DNA of 64,000 bases from Octopus vulgaris (taxonomy: Eukaryota), in NCBI GenBank assembly GCA_951406725.2, contig OX597814.1:181660001-181724000 (forward strand), written 5' to 3'. This document shows positions 63,306 through 64,000 of this stretch, in pieces. Both the position numbers and the translations under genes were made by a program. A model generated the notes under the pieces. That model saw only the letters and a program-made list of their open reading frames with translations. It did no database searches and was not told the DNA's origin. Each line of letters opens with the position of its first letter. Within the stretch, counting starts at the first letter, position 1.

Positions 63306-63556
63306 TATATATATATAAAGCATATATATATATAGATACATAATAATTATTTGAGGGAATATTATTCCTAACTTACAGGGAAAAATTCAATTTAGAAATA
63401 CTAAATCAAATTTCACAATATATATATATATATTATACACATATGCACATTCACCTACACATACATATATATTCTTGTTAATGAAATAGTACTCAATACA
63501 TAAAGTCTTATAAAATTTGTGTCAACTTGACATTAAAACAATAATGTTGATGTTGA

Positions 63557-63591
<35 letters not shown>

Positions 63592-64000
63592 GATGTGTAT
63601 CTGTCCCCTTATCATCATCGTTATCATTATCATCATTATCATCAATATCATTTTACAGTGACTTTCCATGTTGGCACTGGCTGAACAGCTTTCACAGTCT
63701 CTGTTAATTCTTATGTTCTTATTCAGAGTTACTCTTCTCCTAGAACTCCATTTCACTTCGCTTTTAGTAAATGTCCTTTCTAACTCCAACCACTTTGGAG
63801 AGTGCACTGGATGCATTTTATCAGAGTACCAGTAGCAGAAAATTTGTCAGGTCCTTGATAAGATTAAAGAGTTCTCTTCACTTGCCCACTAACTACTTTA
63901 TGGAGTGTACTGAGTGTATTTTATCATGACACCACATTAGTGAAGTTGTCTTGTAACATGTAAAGCCAAAAAACTCCTTGCTACACTATGGTGTGTACAT

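Overview
AT-rich, repeat-dense animal genomic DNA. The SINE, RTE-tail and microsatellite repertoire looks like octopus or another coleoid cephalopod (inferred). One host gene is supported: the 5' part of a V-ATPase V0 subunit a gene on the minus strand. It has three coding exons (5942-5829, 2055-1977, 1630-1533). A probable non-coding first exon and promoter lie near 23.4 kb in a CpG-retaining island with a MITF/TFEB M-box. The rest is mostly decayed mobile DNA: CORE-like, Meta- and Nin-like tRNA SINEs, RTE, CR1/L2 and CRE-like LINEs, four mariners, piggyBac and Gypsy remnants, Helitrons, MITEs and Penelope-like (PLE) GIY-YIG remnants. The most interesting signal is a set of short, often (TA)n-embedded, fold-back elements carrying minimal type-I hammerhead ribozyme (HHR) motifs. 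These include a head-to-head tRNA-headed, HHR-tailed SINE-like family and HHRs with non-canonical cores (G3-C8, U3-A8, U6). Repeat boundaries were read by eye and are approximate; ribozyme activity is untested.
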